Below are positions 63,855 to 64,000 of a stretch of 64,000 nucleotides of DNA, one piece after another. Below the pieces are notes generated by a model. It saw nothing but the letters and a program-made list of their open reading frames with translations, did not search any database and was not told the DNA's origin. Numbering within the stretch: position 1 is the first letter of the stretch; each line of letters opens with the position of its first letter. Origin of the DNA: an uncultured Alphaproteobacteria bacterium (GTDB taxonomy: Bacteria > Pseudomonadota > Alphaproteobacteria > Rickettsiales > CAIJLX01). The position numbers and the translations under genes were made by a program. The stretch spans positions 3,542 to 67,541 of the forward strand of contig CAIJLX010000097.1 of assembly GCA_903821695.1 (NCBI GenBank), written 5' to 3'.

Positions 63855-64000
63855 AAAGAGATAATGCCCTGATAACAGATATCTTTCAATGTTTTATGGT
63901 AGTTATCAGAAAGAAGGAGTCTAATCCCCACGCCCCGGGGTATTGCGCTCTATTTGACGTGCCCTGATATAGCGCTCGCTGTTGCTGCCCATAGGGGATA

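Noticed and set aside
63855-64000. The 3' end of an upstream gene (hoped-for GspE/PilB ATPase) on the minus strand at the window edge.
   Set aside because: All three minus-strand frames are open from the boundary for only 16-37 codons, and none shows a recognisable GspE C-terminus. I cannot assign frame or product.

Overview
This 64-kb chromosomal segment reads like an alphaproteobacterium with moderate-to-low GC. That call rests on protein-level resemblance of DnaK/DnaJ, GlyQ/GlyS and PpdK and on the msbA-DUF374-waaA order; I cannot verify the taxon here. Most of the window is densely packed core genes. These include dnaK-dnaJ, tadA, tsaC, glyQ-panD-glyS-ppdK, tRNA-Val, apaG, fliR, bolA, an msbA-DUF374-waaA-dat-HAD-asmA envelope block, amtB, mlaA-mlaC, metF and a second asmA-family gene. 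The accessory or unusual content is as follows. (1) A 6.4-kb gene encodes a mosaic cadherin-repeat/beta-helix/PKD/LamG/RTX adhesin. (2) A non-canonical Mrp-like operon (MrpB, MrpC, three antiporter-like subunits and an unannotated 43-codon ORF, with no MrpE/F/G) is divergent from a beta-carbonic anhydrase. (3) cmoA is paired with a membrane ICMT/PEMT-family methyltransferase instead of cmoB. (4) A 1237-aa Cys-rich secreted protein has CHAP-like modules and an (SG)n hexanucleotide microsatellite. (5) A ~10.4-kb integrated island sits at tRNA-Asp(GTC), bounded by an exact 50-bp direct repeat. It carries a P4-type integrase, an AlpA/Xis-like gene, decayed genes and a tightly coupled five-gene cargo block. 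That block encodes a membrane protein, a lipoprotein SNase-type nuclease, a TIGR04255-like protein and two unknown proteins, and it is my best candidate for an undescribed system. (6) A pilus/T2SS-like assembly-platform operon (GspF/PilC-like, fused PilM/N- or GspL-like, PilO/GspM-like, PilP/GspC-like) ends in an orphan ABC ATPase. I saw no rRNA, CRISPR array or intact IS element. All family calls come from reading the translated ORFs and remembered motifs; no searches were run.
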